64,000 bases of DNA from Camelus dromedarius (GCF_036321535.1 NC_087436.1:83950001-84014000), one strand, 5' to 3'; shown: positions 38,119 through 51,805, numbered from the stretch's first letter. Notes: generated by a model not told the origin, from the letters alone. Numbers and translations are program-made.

Positions 38119-40328
38119 AAGAGTCACATGATAAACAATTTCTGAGCAGTGCTGCATGCCCCTTGGGATTTTGTGGCCATACGGTACATTCAAACTCGGT
38201 AAGTGTGTGTTTTCTCCTGTTTGGTTGCAGGTTGAGACTTAATGGCTTAGTTGATTTTAATTAAAACTGGGATTTTGCCAAAGTAGGATGATACAGAGAG
38301 AAAAGAGAGAAATAGCATTTGGCAATAAATTATTTTCATGGTGGACCATGAACTCTTAAGTTCCAGCTAAAGAGGGAAGGGAGCACAGGAGGGAGGGTAA
38401 TAGTGAAAAAGCTGTAGAATCTGTGGCCTGGGAGCTTTGATGGGGTAGAGTAGTTGAGGAGGGCTGCTAAATAGGAATACTGATAAAAAGGAAGTAGTTG
38501 GGCATTTTTTCATCTCTTTGCTGCATAATATTGAAATAAAACATCTGAGATACTGTGTGATCCTTTTCCTGTCAATATGGGAAAATAAGACATCTGGAGA
38601 TGAGTTACCTGGCTAGGCATGTACATGACTAAAATTTTTTAATAATCCAGTAAGACATAATTTAAGATATCAATGCATTTTGGAGTGACAGACCTTTAAG
38701 AAGTGTGGGAAGCATTTTTCATTTTAATTTCCAGCCTGCAACCAAAACTCCTCATCAGCCATTCAGTTACACCTGAAATTTGGCCTTCTCCCAACTCTTG
38801 GGTTCTCTCTGTTAAGAACAGGAGTAGAAAATCTTTTCAGCTGAAAAGATTCACAAACACTAAGTTTAAGTTTTGTCCCACACTGTTTTTCATATTGATT
38901 ATAAGATTAGCATAAACATGAAGCCAAAAATACAGAAGGAGAAGTTTCTATCAGGAGCCTTGCCAGTATCATATGATGCAATTCAGTATTGTACTGTTAC
39001 TTTCCCTCTTGGACTTACCTTGATTCAGAGTCTTTTGTCAGAAAGGGCACATTTTTATACAGACTGAGCTGAAATCAAGCTCTTTTTTAGTGCAAGGGTT
39101 AATATTATTCTCAGAGAGGACAGCCTTGGTAACCAGGAAACCCTCTGTTCTCAATAGATAAGTAGCTTCTCTATTATTTCTTCCATGGCTTTTAATAGAG
39201 CAGGAGGGAACTAGAATATGGCCAATCTGTCACCCAATGCCATATATTTCCAGAAAAACTGAACTCATTAAAAGTTATATCAAATCATAACTTAAAATGT
39301 AGATACAATTTTTTTGACTTTTTTAAAAGTCAGATTAACTCAAAAAAGTTTCTTAGAGGAAAAAAATTGAGAAGTGAAAATCTGGCAAGAGTCGTTTCTT
39401 CATGTGTCAGTCACTGGTAGACAAATTATTTTCCTTATTCTGCTGATTGTGAAAACCCAAGGCACAATCTCTATTTCTGGGCTGGTAACTTGAGAGCCAG
39501 ATAGATTAGTTTCTCTGAACTTACATGGAGATTTCACACCAGCATGATATTATGAAGGAGTAATTGCATTTTCTACAGTGCTGGTGTTGAAGTCATTGAG
39601 CATGATGACTTCATAAATAATATTATCTCATATAAAGTGCTTCTTTGAGTTTTCCCATGTAAAGGAGAAGCTGCCTCATCAGACTATTTTCTTTTTCTAT
39701 TTGCTTTAGCTTCCAAGAAATTTGAAGATTTTGATGTTTATCATTTCTAATTTCCCTAGTAAATTTGGGTCTCCCACCCTGATCCTGAAATTTTATGTTG
39801 TATCGGATATTTATATTTAATTTAAAAATGTAAACCATAAAACACCATTTTAGAAAATAGAATTGGAATTTCAGAATGTTAACGCTGACAAAAACTGAGA
39901 GCACAGTGTACTCTCCCTATATGTGTAAAGTAGGAAAGTGGGTTCCGAGATGCTGTGTAGATTATACAGCAAGCGGTTGGCAGAGTTAGTACTAGAAATA
40001 AGGGTTTCTCAATCTAAGTTTAGTGTCAAGTTTTGCTGTCTGTTTTAAACTTAGTGTTATTGCCTCTGAATTATTCCTTATGACTCCAAGCTCTTCTAGG
40101 GTAGGCCCTCTTTGGTCTTCCAATATTCAGTAAATGCTTAAATAAATAACAGGCTGGAACTGGTTTTTTTTCAATCAATTATTTATTATCAATGATAATA
40201 TCCACCTTATTACTTTCCCTGGAATATGTTAGGCTTACCCTATTCTGAAATTCTAGAAATATTTGGAATTCTACGTGGTACTTTTAAACCACAAAATTAT
40301 ATTACTCTGCTTAATTGAAAACAGCACA

Positions 40329-41015
40329 GTATGGAGATTCCTCAAAAAACTAAAAATAGACTTACCATATGATCCAGCAATCCCACTCCTGGGCATATAG
40401 CCAGGGGGAACTCTAATTCAAAAAGATACATGCACCCCAATGTTCATAGTAGCACTATATATAATAGCCAAGACATGGAAACAACTTAAATGTCCATCAA
40501 CAGATGACTGGGTAAAGAAGCTGTAGTATTTTTATACAATGGAATACTACTCAGCCATAAAAAAAGAATAAAATAATGCCATTTACCACAACATGGATGG
40601 ACCTGGAGATTGTCGTTTTAAGTGAAGTAAGCCAGAAAGAGAAAGAAAAATACCATATATCACTCATATGTGGAATCTAAAAAAATAAAAAAGAAACACT
40701 AATGAACTCATCTACAAAACAGAAACAGAATCACAGACGTAGTAAACAATCTTATGATTACTGGGGGAAAGTGGGTGGGAAGGGATAAATTTGGGAGCTT
40801 GAGATTTACAAATATTAACTACTATATATAAAAATAGATAAAAAGAAATTTCTTCTGTATAGCACAGGAAACTATGTTCAATATCTTGTAATAACCTTTA
40901 ATGAAAAAGAATATGAAAACAAATATATGTATGTAGATGTGTGACTGGGACATTATACTGTACACCAGAAATTGACACATTATAACTGACTATACTTCAA
41001 TTACAAAAAAAAAAA
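40329..41015 (+). mobile_element. Young lineage-specific L1: ORF2 end, 3' UTR and poly(A)
   Basis: 'ccatatgatccagcaatcccactcctgggcatata...tgtacaccagaaattgacacatt'; poly(A) at 41005-41015. Confidence 0.95.
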
Positions 41016-41125
41016 GAACACATTTCTTGTGCTCTAGCCCACCTGCCAAGTTCTCTGGCTCACACCAGCTACAGCTGTCCTCTCAAGGCAGTCCCAGTGA
41101 GGAGATCCCTGGGCCCCCCACCTGC

Positions 41126-41200
41126 AAATCACGATGTTGTACACCTGAAGTTAATATAATATTGTATGTCAATTGTACTTCAATAAAAAAGGAAACAAAT
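41126..41200 (+). mobile_element. Short L1 extreme 3' end of a different subfamily
   Basis: 'aaatcacgatgttgtacacctgaagttaatataatattgtatgtcaattgtacttcAATAAAaaa'. Confidence 0.8.
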
Positions 41201-42564
41201 ACAAAACCCAGCACATTTGGTATTTACTCATAGATGCTATATAAAAACGACAAATTCTTTCCCTACCCCAACCTTGAAGTATATGCCCACACCACGGCAT
41301 ACACACATACACTGAACACAAAGTTTTAGCATGTAAAAGGTCTGAAGCCTAACTGGGATGATTGAAGATGTGGGAATTGTGTTCCTTGTGACACTCAGAT
41401 TTTCTTATGCTAATTTGCCTGATGGCCTGTGGTGGTAGGATTTCTACTCTGCTGGATGGAAGGTCATTGCCTGTGCCCTGTTCAGCCTTTTCTTACAAAT
41501 CATTTCTGTGATTTCCACCCTGGTATGTGACGCATTTCTGCTCCATTGCTCTATTGCAGTTATTTTTCTCGACAGTTAGAGCACCCTTTATTATATAGTG
41601 TTTTAAAGTGATCTTGTTAATACCTAAAATAGACTGCGTCATGTTCACTACTTTTCATTCTTTGCTCCTCAGTGCAGTAGGTGCTAATGGGAAGTGAAAT
41701 AATGGTGAAGAACAAGCAGCAGGAATGAGGAAAATAAGGGAAAGATGTAGCTGAAGTAGAAACTGGATAATTGCCTCTTAACATGTAGTTCTTTTCTTGT
41801 CCGTTGTCCTAGTGAGTGAGAGGAAATAACCTTGGGTGATGAGGGGTGTGGTGGTGGCACAGTCTAGGGCTGAGTCTGCTGGCAACCAGAGACACCCTTC
41901 ATTCAGCACTGGGCATAGTCTGAAAGGGTTTTAACGCATGTGCAGGAGATTTAAGGCTGGTGACAGGATGATAGTTAATTCAAGGCAAGCAAATGAAAGG
42001 CAATGAGAACAAATTGCAGTGGATTAGGGAAAGAAAAGAAGCAATTTACCTATATCATCCCATCTGATATGGAAAAACTCTCAGCTTAAGTTTTACTAGC
42101 TCCAGTTTACAGAAGATAAGACAGAGACATCAGTCAAATATAAGCCTAGTATTTGGTTTCAAAGCCATATTCATTCTCCTGTATGACAAGGCAGAAAGCC
42201 CAGGGTCATAGATTCAGAAGTCAAGACCAGAACATAATTTCAGCTAATGAAATCAAGAAGTATGGGATTAAGCATGAGGCAGTTCTGCAAATTTTAATCA
42301 CAGTTTATAAATCTGCATTTTATGAATTCAATGTAGTCTGCCTCCTTTGGGTTTTGACTTTTAAGAGTCGTGCAGCATTAACATATGCAAAACTTTCAAA
42401 TAGCTTCTATTTGACTTACTAGTGCTGTGTCTAATATTTTAGATATTAACAGTACTTTCAACAAAACAAAAACACAAATATGAGGGTTATATTTCTCCTC
42501 CATTCTCTGAGAAAGAGACAACTCAGAATAAAAGGAAAAGTAACAAATCCTCTATTTGGCTCAG

Positions 42565-42882
42565 TAGGGTAACTGCTGGCCTCACGAGTCTGTTGAGCAC
42601 TTCAGGTGTGCCTAGTCCAAACTGACATGTAATTAAGTGTAAAATACACACCAGATTTTGAAGGTTTAGTTTGCAAAAAATATAAAATATCTCATTAATA
42701 ATTTTGTTACTGCTTACATTCTGAAGTGTAATAATTTGGATATGTTCAGCTAAATCAATATCTCATTAAAGTTAATGTACTTGTTTCTCTTTACATTTTT
42801 AGTGTGGCTACTAGAAAATTTAAAATGATGCATGTAGTTTGCATTTGTGGCTTGCATCATATTTCTATCGGATGGTATTGGT
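42565..42882. mobile_element. MER33-like hAT-Charlie element
   Basis: 'ctagtccaaactga...gtgtaaaatacacaccagatttt...gtggctactagaaaatttaaaat'. Confidence 0.8.
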
Positions 42883-44369
42883 TTATATTGTCCCCAACTC
42901 TATTCCTCCAGGGCCATATTCCGTAATATATTCCAGCTTTCTAGGTATTTCCCAGTTCAGGAAATGCCTTGTTATGTATTACACACATAATATATTCCAT
43001 GCTTTTCTCTCTCAAGATATACCTCAGCCTTTCATGTATTTCCCAGTCTAAGGAATGCCCAATTATGTCCAGTTATGCATCTCTATAGACTCCAATGTGA
43101 TAATATCTGATACTTCCTGGCAAATTTACAAATAGTCTCCAAATTTTGAAGAGGAATTTTAATAAGAATATAGGTAAATAAAATAAGTCAAACAAGGCCA
43201 GTTGCTCCATGTAGGTAGATAATATTTTAACTTGATGGAAATTTTGTCTGGTGTTAATTTAGTCCTCTCTTCACTCATTCATTTATTCCACAGATGTTAA
43301 TGAGGGCTTCCTGGGGAAGAAGCTTGTTATGTGAGACTGTCCCAGACCACAGGGGCTGAAGTTCAAGGAATGCAGGACACACTGTCAGCTATGGAAAATG
43401 TTTTGACATAGATTACTTATTATATTTAATCACTCTCAGCATAGACTTTGAGCATTCATTTATGTATTTGTTGAAATAGAAGAAATGCCTGATTTTTTAA
43501 TGTATCTTTATACAGGCTAGCAGATCTCTTAAAGAAGGAAATAGACCCTGGATTTAATTTTTCCATAAAGGGAAATGTTCCCTAGGCTTTAGAACAACAA
43601 CAACAACAAAACTCCCTGCAATATTTTTGGCTCTGTTAAGGGTTCTATAATATCTAAAAGGGATTGTTGCTGTTCATTCTAATGTTATATTGGGCTTCAC
43701 TGTACCTTTGAAGCTCATCATCATAAATGATACATCAAGTAATAAGCTGAGATTGTCATAAATAAAGATGATCTCTAATACCACACCGGGTTCTTTTACT
43801 GGATTAGGTTTCTGCCTATTCTCATGTTTGTATTCCCTCAATCTATTTAATAAGATAGTTTTTGAGTATTGTTTTGAAAAGAAGAGTAAAAAACTATTAA
43901 GTATGATGAAATGGGTAGAAAAAAAAATCCATGTGCCTAAATTCACTGTTGAGAAATAGTAAATTATTTTCTTTTAAAGGTTTGTTGTCAGAAAAATTTC
44001 AGGCCACCGTCCAAAATAATCAAAGCACAAATCACAGTTAATACTAGTCATCCAAACATGACTAAAAATATACATATGTGATGCTTTCTTTGTATAGAGG
44101 AATAGATCCATTATGGGAAAATTTCCCTTGTCTTCATGGGCAACATTTTCAAGCACCCAGACCTCAGCCATGGTGGATGTCAAAGAAAATACTTCAAGAC
44201 TAGAATGCCTACACAAGACACTCTGTTTTATTCTTCTTTCAGTGGCAGAAACATGTAATCAACACAAATTGTTCCATAACATTTGGACATGTAGATATAT
44301 TTTTCTAAATAAAATTAAATCTAATACTGGCTCTATCTTTCTGGCCTTTGGAATTACTCAGGCACAGGC

Positions 44370-44445
44370 CTTTCTTCCTTCCTTCCTTCCTCCTATCCTT
44401 CCTTCTTTTCTTCTTCCCTTTCTTTCTCTCTTTCGTTCTCTTTTT
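44370..44445. repeat. (TTCC)n/CT-rich low-complexity tract
   Basis: Direct reading. Confidence 0.85.
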
Positions 44446-44509
44446 TGTGGGGGATAAGTTACCCTCAAGTACTTATAAAAACCCCAGGGCCTCTTGAATT
44501 CAATAGGGT

Positions 44510-44890
44510 AAATGTTAGGCTAAAGTAATAAAAGACCTATAAATTCAGTGCCTTACACACACTAAAAACGTTTCTTTCTCACATAAAAGTCTGGGTAGAT
44601 GACCAAGATTTGGTAGGATTGCCTTCTGCATTGTTGATTTGCTTTTTTTGACTCAGGGTTTTCAATTCTTGATCTAAAATGGTGTAATGCCCCTGTTCCA
44701 GCTAAGGGAAAATAAGAGGAGTGATCTGGACCTCTCCTTTTATGGGTCTGACCTTAAGATTGTACACATTATTTCTTCCTCAATGGCCAGAAGGTGGTCA
44801 CAGGGCCATATCTAGCTGCACATGAACTTAGTAGTGACAGATGCTGATAGGGTGACCATGTTCCTCACTAAAAATTCTATCACCATGGGA
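44510..44890 (-). mobile_element. Old MaLR LTR remnant (MLT1I-N class)
   Basis: 'aaattcagtgcctta...tttctttctcacataaaagtctgg', 'tggccagaaggtggtcacagggccatatctagctgca'. Confidence 0.5.
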
Positions 44891-45499
44891 ATAGAGGGAA
44901 CATAGAGGATAGTCAGAAGTTCCTGACACTTTTGTATTGAGAAAATTAGAAACTGGTCTCTAGACTGAAGCCCAGATTGGTCCCCACTGAAACAATTGTG
45001 GTTCTGATCTATCCATACAGTCAGCTCAGTTGTCTCCTGAAAATAATATGGTTCTAAGGCCAATAGAAGGGCTTTAGGCTCTGCCATTTGGAAACTTGCC
45101 TCCCCTGTGTCTCTCCATCTGGAGGAACAATGCATTTCTGGGTTTGTGCCACTTTCTTCTCTAAATCCTTCAAATTCCAATTTTTGTACCCTTGCATCAT
45201 GATACAGTTCCATTCTATTCTTCATAAGCCCCTGAACTCTTAAAGAATAGCCACTGTTTCTTAACATTTTTTTCAGGAAATTTTTTTTAAAATGAATATT
45301 TAGTTCCGCCTAGAATTAAGATAATTACAGTCATTAAACTGGATGTCACAAACTGGCTGCTGTGGACAGACTAAGTCCACTAATGTGTTTTGTTTGGTTT
45401 GCAGGGTTTTTTGGTTTTTTTTGTTTGTTTGTTTGTTTTGTTTTCCAGTGAGGGGGGAGTGTTGTTGTAAATTGAATTACTTACCAATACTAAAGAAAA

Positions 45500-46270
45500 A
45501 AAAATATAATCCAGCAATCTCCATGATCCAGTAATCCCATTTCCGGGTATATATTCAAAGAAAATGAAAATAAGATAACAAAGAGATATCTGCACTATCA
45601 TGTTCAATTGCAGCATTATTCACAATAACCAAGATATAGAGACACCCTAAGTGTCCATCAATGCACAAGTGGATAAAGATGTGATCTATATCGATCTATA
45701 TCTGTATCTATCACACACTGATAGATATCTATCTCATGGCATATTACTCAGCCATGAGAAAGAAGGAAATCCTGCCATTCATGACCACATGGATGGACCT
45801 CCTTGAGGGCATTATGCTAAGTGAAATAAGCCAGACAGAGATAGACAAATACTGCGTGGTATCACATTCATGTGGAGTCTGAAAAAAAAAGTCAAACTCA
45901 TAGAAATAGTGAGTAGAAGTGTAGAAAAGGGGTTGGCGGGATAGGGGAAATAGAGTAATTTGGTAAAAAGGGACAAACTTCCAGCTATAAGATGAGGTCT
46001 GAGGATCTAATGAAAAAAATAGTGACTATAGTTGATAACACTGTGTTCTATCACTGAAACTTGCTAGGAGGGTAGAACTTAAATGTTCTCATCAAAAAAA
46101 AAAGATAAGTGAGGATATGTGAGGTGATGGATGTGTTAATTAACTAGTTGGGGGAATCCTGTCACAGTGTATGCATGTATCAAATTACCATGGTGTACAC
46201 TTTAAATATCTTTTAATTTTAAATGACAATTATATCTCGATAAAGTTGAAATTATAAAACAAAAACAAAC
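45500..46270 (+). mobile_element. L1 3' end (L1MA-like), nested in a hAT MER remnant (about 45335-45405 and 46275-46355)
   Basis: 'aaggaaatcctgccattc...gagggcattatgctaagtgaaataagccagacagag...gggtagaacttaaatgttctca'. Confidence 0.9.
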
Positions 46271-46588
46271 CCAAAGCTATTTCTGGCCCATCATGGAAAA
46301 CTGGAAGATGTGGAATGTGGAAACTGGGCTAGATTCCTGCAGAGCTGGAACTGAAAAGCAGACATCCTGTTTAGAAAGAACGTGCCATTTCACTACTCAA
46401 GACACCTCTTCCACACTGTTCAGTTACACTGCCTGTCTAGCCATCATGAGCATTTTCTTTGATATACTGCTTAGAACAAAGAGAACTGGCTCTTGTGAAA
46501 AGGGAGGGGAAAAATCATTTTTATTTTCTCTCGAGTGCCTATAAAGCAAATATCAAGGTATGAATGAATAGCTCCCACATCCCCCACC

Positions 46589-46592
<4 letters not shown>

Positions 46593-46638
<46 letters not shown>
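46593..46638. repeat. (CA)23 microsatellite
   Basis: Direct reading. Confidence 0.95.
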
Positions 46639-46642
<4 letters not shown>

Positions 46643-47904
46643 AAAATCGACTTCAATAATATTTTGCTAATATTGTGGAAGTATATAAGAGATGTTAATA
46701 TATAAAAAGCAAAAGAACAGTACAATAATCCAAGTATGATGAGAAGCTGCACCTCCCAGTCTAAGAAAACACTGCTACAAGAGACTAAAATTGAGAGATT
46801 GAACAAGACATCATTTTGTTTTCTGTTTGCTGAAAAATCAAAGGCCAGCAAGTAAAATTCCTATAAAATGCTGATTTTAATAATAGGGAAACATATAGAA
46901 AGAAGTTATTTTAAATTTTCACTTAGTAATAATGCAGAAGGAAAGTCTGCTATGGTTTACTCCTTATTTCTCGTAAGTGGAATCTCAGCAGGCTCTTCGC
47001 AACCAGGTGTCTGTTCTACCACTTCAGTTCTCTGTGATTTTATCATTATGTAAAGCAATAAGAAATATATATTGGAATCAATCCTTCTTACCACTTATCC
47101 CAAAAAATTATTTAACGTCTATGCCAGGCATGTTGTTTTGTTCTAGATATTCAGAGATGAATAAGACAAACAGCCTGAAGTTGTTCATATGGGTCAGTGA
47201 GTAACCCCCACCAAAAAAATCTTAAAAATTACAATACCATGGGATGTTTAATCTCTTATGTTCTGTCAACTGGGTATTGATAAGCTACCCATCAACAACG
47301 CCAAAAATCAAGAACAAATAAAGTAATTTGAGTTTTTAAAATTAACCTTTTAGCCATGGGAGACTCCAAGGTAGAAAATAGCTTACAATATGAAGAATCA
47401 TGGATAAATTGGGCCAGAAGCAATCACAAATTGCAGAGGAGGATGTAACACGAAGTTTAAATGTTTGAGTGCTGGGAGTGTTTAGAGTTATAGAATGTTC
47501 TAGATGGGGAGGGGAAGTCAGGGTGTCACCAGGAAGAATTTCTATGTAAGCATTTCTGGTAAATTGCCTTAAAGAAATGTTAGAATATAAAGGTCTGAGT
47601 CTTCTAACATTTTCTTAGAGAGCCCAGTTCCTCCCCTCATTATACTAGTTTCAGGCCCTACAAAACCTGAACTTGCCCTGCATTATGGGCATCACAATTA
47701 GACTGGGATTAATGGAAAAGATCTAAATGTACAATTAGAGGAAATTGTGTGTATGCTTGTTTAATGGGAAAGAACACAGAAACTTTGTGTGGAGATTTCC
47801 ATACAAATTAAAAGAAATACATTGTCTTTTCTGGTGGAGATCAGCTTCCCAGGCTTCCTCAGGGTCCTGATCTGGGACACAGGTGCTGATGTGCAGTGAA
47901 GATA

Positions 47905-48427
47905 TGTCAGGTAGCAGAATATGCCACCCTCAGATATGCCTCTTTGGCATTAGGATTATTTTGAGCAACAGCAGACAAAGGATAAGCTCTGGGGGAAAAA
48001 AGTAGAAGTTCCCTTTTTGTAAAGAAAATTTATATTTATAAAGGAAACCCCCATTTGTAAGGGTGTTTCCCTCTGTGTATCAGGAAGGGAAGGATGACTA
48101 AATCATGAGAGAATCTTATTAATGGAGAAGGCTCCAACTTAAATCTGCATAATAAACCTGACACTTATTTACTGGTGCTTTTCCTGGTAAACTCTTCATA
48201 ACTGGCCTCTCCCAACACCTCTCTCTTTTTGTTTTTATTTGAAGATGGTGTTTAAGCTGGAGTTCCAAGCTACTTTGGAGAGTTACTCATTTTTCCCTGG
48301 GTATCTTTCATGTATACCTGAGGTACACATGTTAATAAACTTCTGTTTGTTTTTCTCTATGTTAATATCTCTTTTTATTATAGGAGTCTCAGTCAAGAAT
48401 TCAGAAATAATTTCCCCCTTCCCTTGA
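47905..48427 (+). mobile_element. ERV1 solo LTR (MER34-like)
   Basis: 'gaatatgccaccctcagatatgcctctttggcattaggattattttgagc'; 'catgttAATAAActtctg'. Confidence 0.75.
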
Positions 48428-49569
48428 GAAGACTCTCCTTTGCCATTTTCAGTCCCCAATTCATTGTTTCAGAGGACTCTGGTGAAGGGTCTGCCTGCTG
48501 GCCAGGTCCAAGCATAGAGAAAAACCCAGGGCATAGCTGAGTGCTCCTTCTGGAGCTAGGGGTGTGGGAAGTCCATTCTCAGGCATCCTGGATGTTCTCC
48601 CATAACTGGGTGCCACATGTCTCTGAAGATCTGTGTCCTCAATCAATCCTAGGTGGTTTGGATTCTGAGATTTGTCTGAGGACCATACTAAAGAAGAAAT
48701 TCTCTGCATTTTTTTCAGATGTAGTAAGACTGTTGTGCTGGAGATGAAGTTTTTTGAATACTTTAATGAGACCAGAAAAGGTGTTATTTTAAAACTACAA
48801 GCTGAATGGTAGCCTGTATGCTTATCTGTGATCTTTCTTCCTTCTCAGCTCCCTGCTTGGCTGACTTAAGGCTGGTTTAGTAGTGGAGCTGAAGCTGAGT
48901 TTAATTTCCTTAGCATCCTGAAGAGAAGAAATATATGTTGGGTCAAATTGTTTATACGATTAAAGAGATAATGGGAGTCCCTGAACTTTAGAGGAGACTT
49001 GCCTTTCCAGCAGAATCTGGGGCAAGGACTAGTAACATTCCAGAGGGGCCATCTAGCAAATGGGTGGCTTAATTCACTTCTGAAGCCAGAACAGAATTAT
49101 TACTCTATAGAGTCATTCCTGGGGAAGGCCTAATAATCCTGGAGATGCTGGCAGCTTTACAGGGGCAATTGCATTGTTAAGTTAAACTGATCTTCTTTCA
49201 TAGGATTACATGATAACTCATCCTTCATACCCAGAGTAACTTGAACATCACCTTCACACCTCAAGAGAGACCTCAGTTTGCCTACTTGTCTTTCCAATGG
49301 AAAATAAACTTTTACTTTAACTGCATTACCTGCAAATCCATTTCTGGATTCTTCACAGGTGTTGAAGTAACCATGTGCCCTGACATAATGAGGCAAAGAA
49401 ATGGCCCAGATTTCTTAAGAGGCTAAATAACTTAATGGGGGAAGAGCAAACACACTATCAGGATAGAGGGCTGATACTAAAGCAGAATTAACAGGTTAAA
49501 GAAGCACACTGAGCTAAAGAAAGGGAAATTCTAAAGGAGGTAAGATTTCTGAGAGGAAACAAAAAGAAC

Positions 49570-51440
49570 GTTTTGCAATTACAAAAACATAATGTCTTCA
49601 CTTGACTTCTACGAAATCACACTCTCTTATTTATCCTTCTACTTTATTAACTTCTTTTTGTCTTTTTTGATGGATTCCTCTCTTCTCCCAGAGCTCAAAC
49701 CTTTGTCTTATCCATCTAAACTTACTCTGCTATGTGACTCATCTATATTCCCTCTACTCTCAAATTTATATCCTCAGCCTAAACCTCGCTCCTGAATCCC
49801 AGATATATAAATAGTAAGATATATTCTGTAAGCAGAATAATGCCCTCCCAAAGATGTCCATGCCTTAATCTCAAGAACCTGTAAATATACTGCCTTACAC
49901 AGCGAGAGGAACTTTGTGGATGTAATTAAGGTTAAGAACCTTCAGATGAGGAGATTATCCTGGATTGTCCAGGTGGGTTCAATGTAATTGCATGACTCCT
50001 TAGAAGTTTAAGAGGAAGGCAGAGGAAATATGTCAGAGAGACGAGGCGAAAGAAGGAAGAGGAAAGATTTCAGGAGTGGGAAGGACTCAACCCACCCTTG
50101 CTGGCTTTGAAGATGGAAGGAGGGAGAGATAACCCAAGGACTGTGACTGGCCTCTAGAAGTTGGAAATGACCCTCAGAAGACAGCCAGCAAGTAGACAGG
50201 AATTTCACTCCTACAACTGCAAGGAGCTGAATTCTGCCTACAACAAATCAGCAGAAAGCAGATTTTCACCTAGAGCCTCCAGAAAGAAAGACAGCCCTGC
50301 CAGTACCCTGATGTTAACCCTAGAAGACCCATGCTGGACTTCTGAGCTACAGAACTGTAAGAAAATATGTATGTGTTGTTTTAAACTACTAAGTTGTGGT
50401 AATTTTTTACAGCAGTGATAGAAGACTAGCATAATATTCAATTGCCAACTTGACATCTCCATTTAGATATTCAGTAGGCATTTTAAACTCAGTATGTCTA
50501 AAATTGAATTCTTGTTCTTCTCTAAAATGTATGCAGACTTTCACATCTTAGTTAACAACAACTTCATTTTTCTAATTGTTCAGGCCAAAAATCTTGGAGT
50601 CCTACCTGACTCCTCTCTTTCTCTCATACACTCCACAGTCAGTCTGCCAGGGCTTTGTGTGGGTTTTGTCTTCAGAATATATCCATGTCTCACCTTCGCC
50701 AGTGGTCCCAGTTCCCATCTTCTTTCATCCAAATTACTGAAATACCCTTCCTATGGGTCTCCCGCTTTCAATACCTGACTCCTTTTCCCTTTTCAACAGG
50801 GTAGACGGAGTGAGCCTGTTAAACACGTCATGTCATATGAGCCCTCCACTCAAAATCCTGCAATATCTTCCTGTTTCACTGAGAATAGAAGCCACCAGAG
50901 AGGGCTACAAGGTCTCAGATAATACACGACACTATCCACTATTCTTTTCTCCATTTTTTTCTAATTTCATTTCTTGTTACACTTCCCATTGCTTATTCTG
51001 CTCCAACCATATTGGAACCCACACTAGACACTGTCCCATCTTAAGTTCAAAGTCAGTTTACCTTTGTTCTCTTTGCCTACAAAGCTCTCCCCTGATATCA
51101 GTGTAGCTAACTACCTTACCTCCTTCACATCACTGCTCAACTATCACTCTCTCAATGAGGCCACTCTGCTTATTAAAAGAGCCATCTGCTCCCAGCTTCC
51201 TGCATTCATAACCTCCCTTACCCTACTTTATGCTTCCTTCTCTTCTATTGCATTTATCACTTTCTAATATGTTATATAATTAATTATTTTGTGTACTATT
51301 GATGTCTGTCTCTCCTCACTAAATTATAACCTCTGCATAGGTAGGGAGAGTTATCTGTTTTATGTCATTCATTCATAGGCCCCAAGGGCCTAGACTAGTG
51401 CCAGGACCACTATACATACTTAATACCTGCTGAATGCATA
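49570..51440 (+). mobile_element. L2, interrupted by the MLT1 LTR at 49827-50434
   Basis: 'ttgacatctccatttagat', 'caggccaaaaatcttggagtc', 'cctagactagtgccagg'. Confidence 0.8.
49827..50434 (+). mobile_element. MaLR solo LTR (MLT1D/E-like)
   Basis: 'cagaataatgccctcccaaagatgtcc...gagattatcctggatt'; perfect 5-bp TSD TATTC at 49822-49826 and 50435-50439. Confidence 0.9.
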
Positions 51441-51805
51441 TGTGATTAAAAAACAACAGAGAAAATCAAAAGAGAATGGACCTCGCTGAGGTGAAGTAAT
51501 AATCTAGAAGATCAAATTGATGTACAACCTCATAATAGGGAGCAAAAATACCAAGAAACGGGAATCATGTTTAAAAGATAAAAGGTAGCTGGATTCCAGC
51601 ATTTAATATGCAAACAGTAAGTTTAAAGGGAGAAAAAAGGGAACAGATGGAGGGGAAGCAATAACTCAAAAAAACAGCAGGAAGAAAAAAAATTCTGAGC
51701 TGAAAAAGTTTTGCATTTTTAGATCAAATGAGCTTAACAAGTACTTTTTATCTTTTGGGAGAATTTGAGAAACCAAATTCAATAGCCAAAGAATACATAA
51801 ACATG

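Noticed and set aside
44115..44127. NF-kB site GGGAAAATTTCCC
   Set aside because: Spacing is longer than the canonical GGGRNNYYCC 10-mer; isolated motif.
44812..45267. 151-aa minus-strand ORF
   Set aside because: No recognisable domain, and its end runs into an old LTR remnant; consistent with chance.
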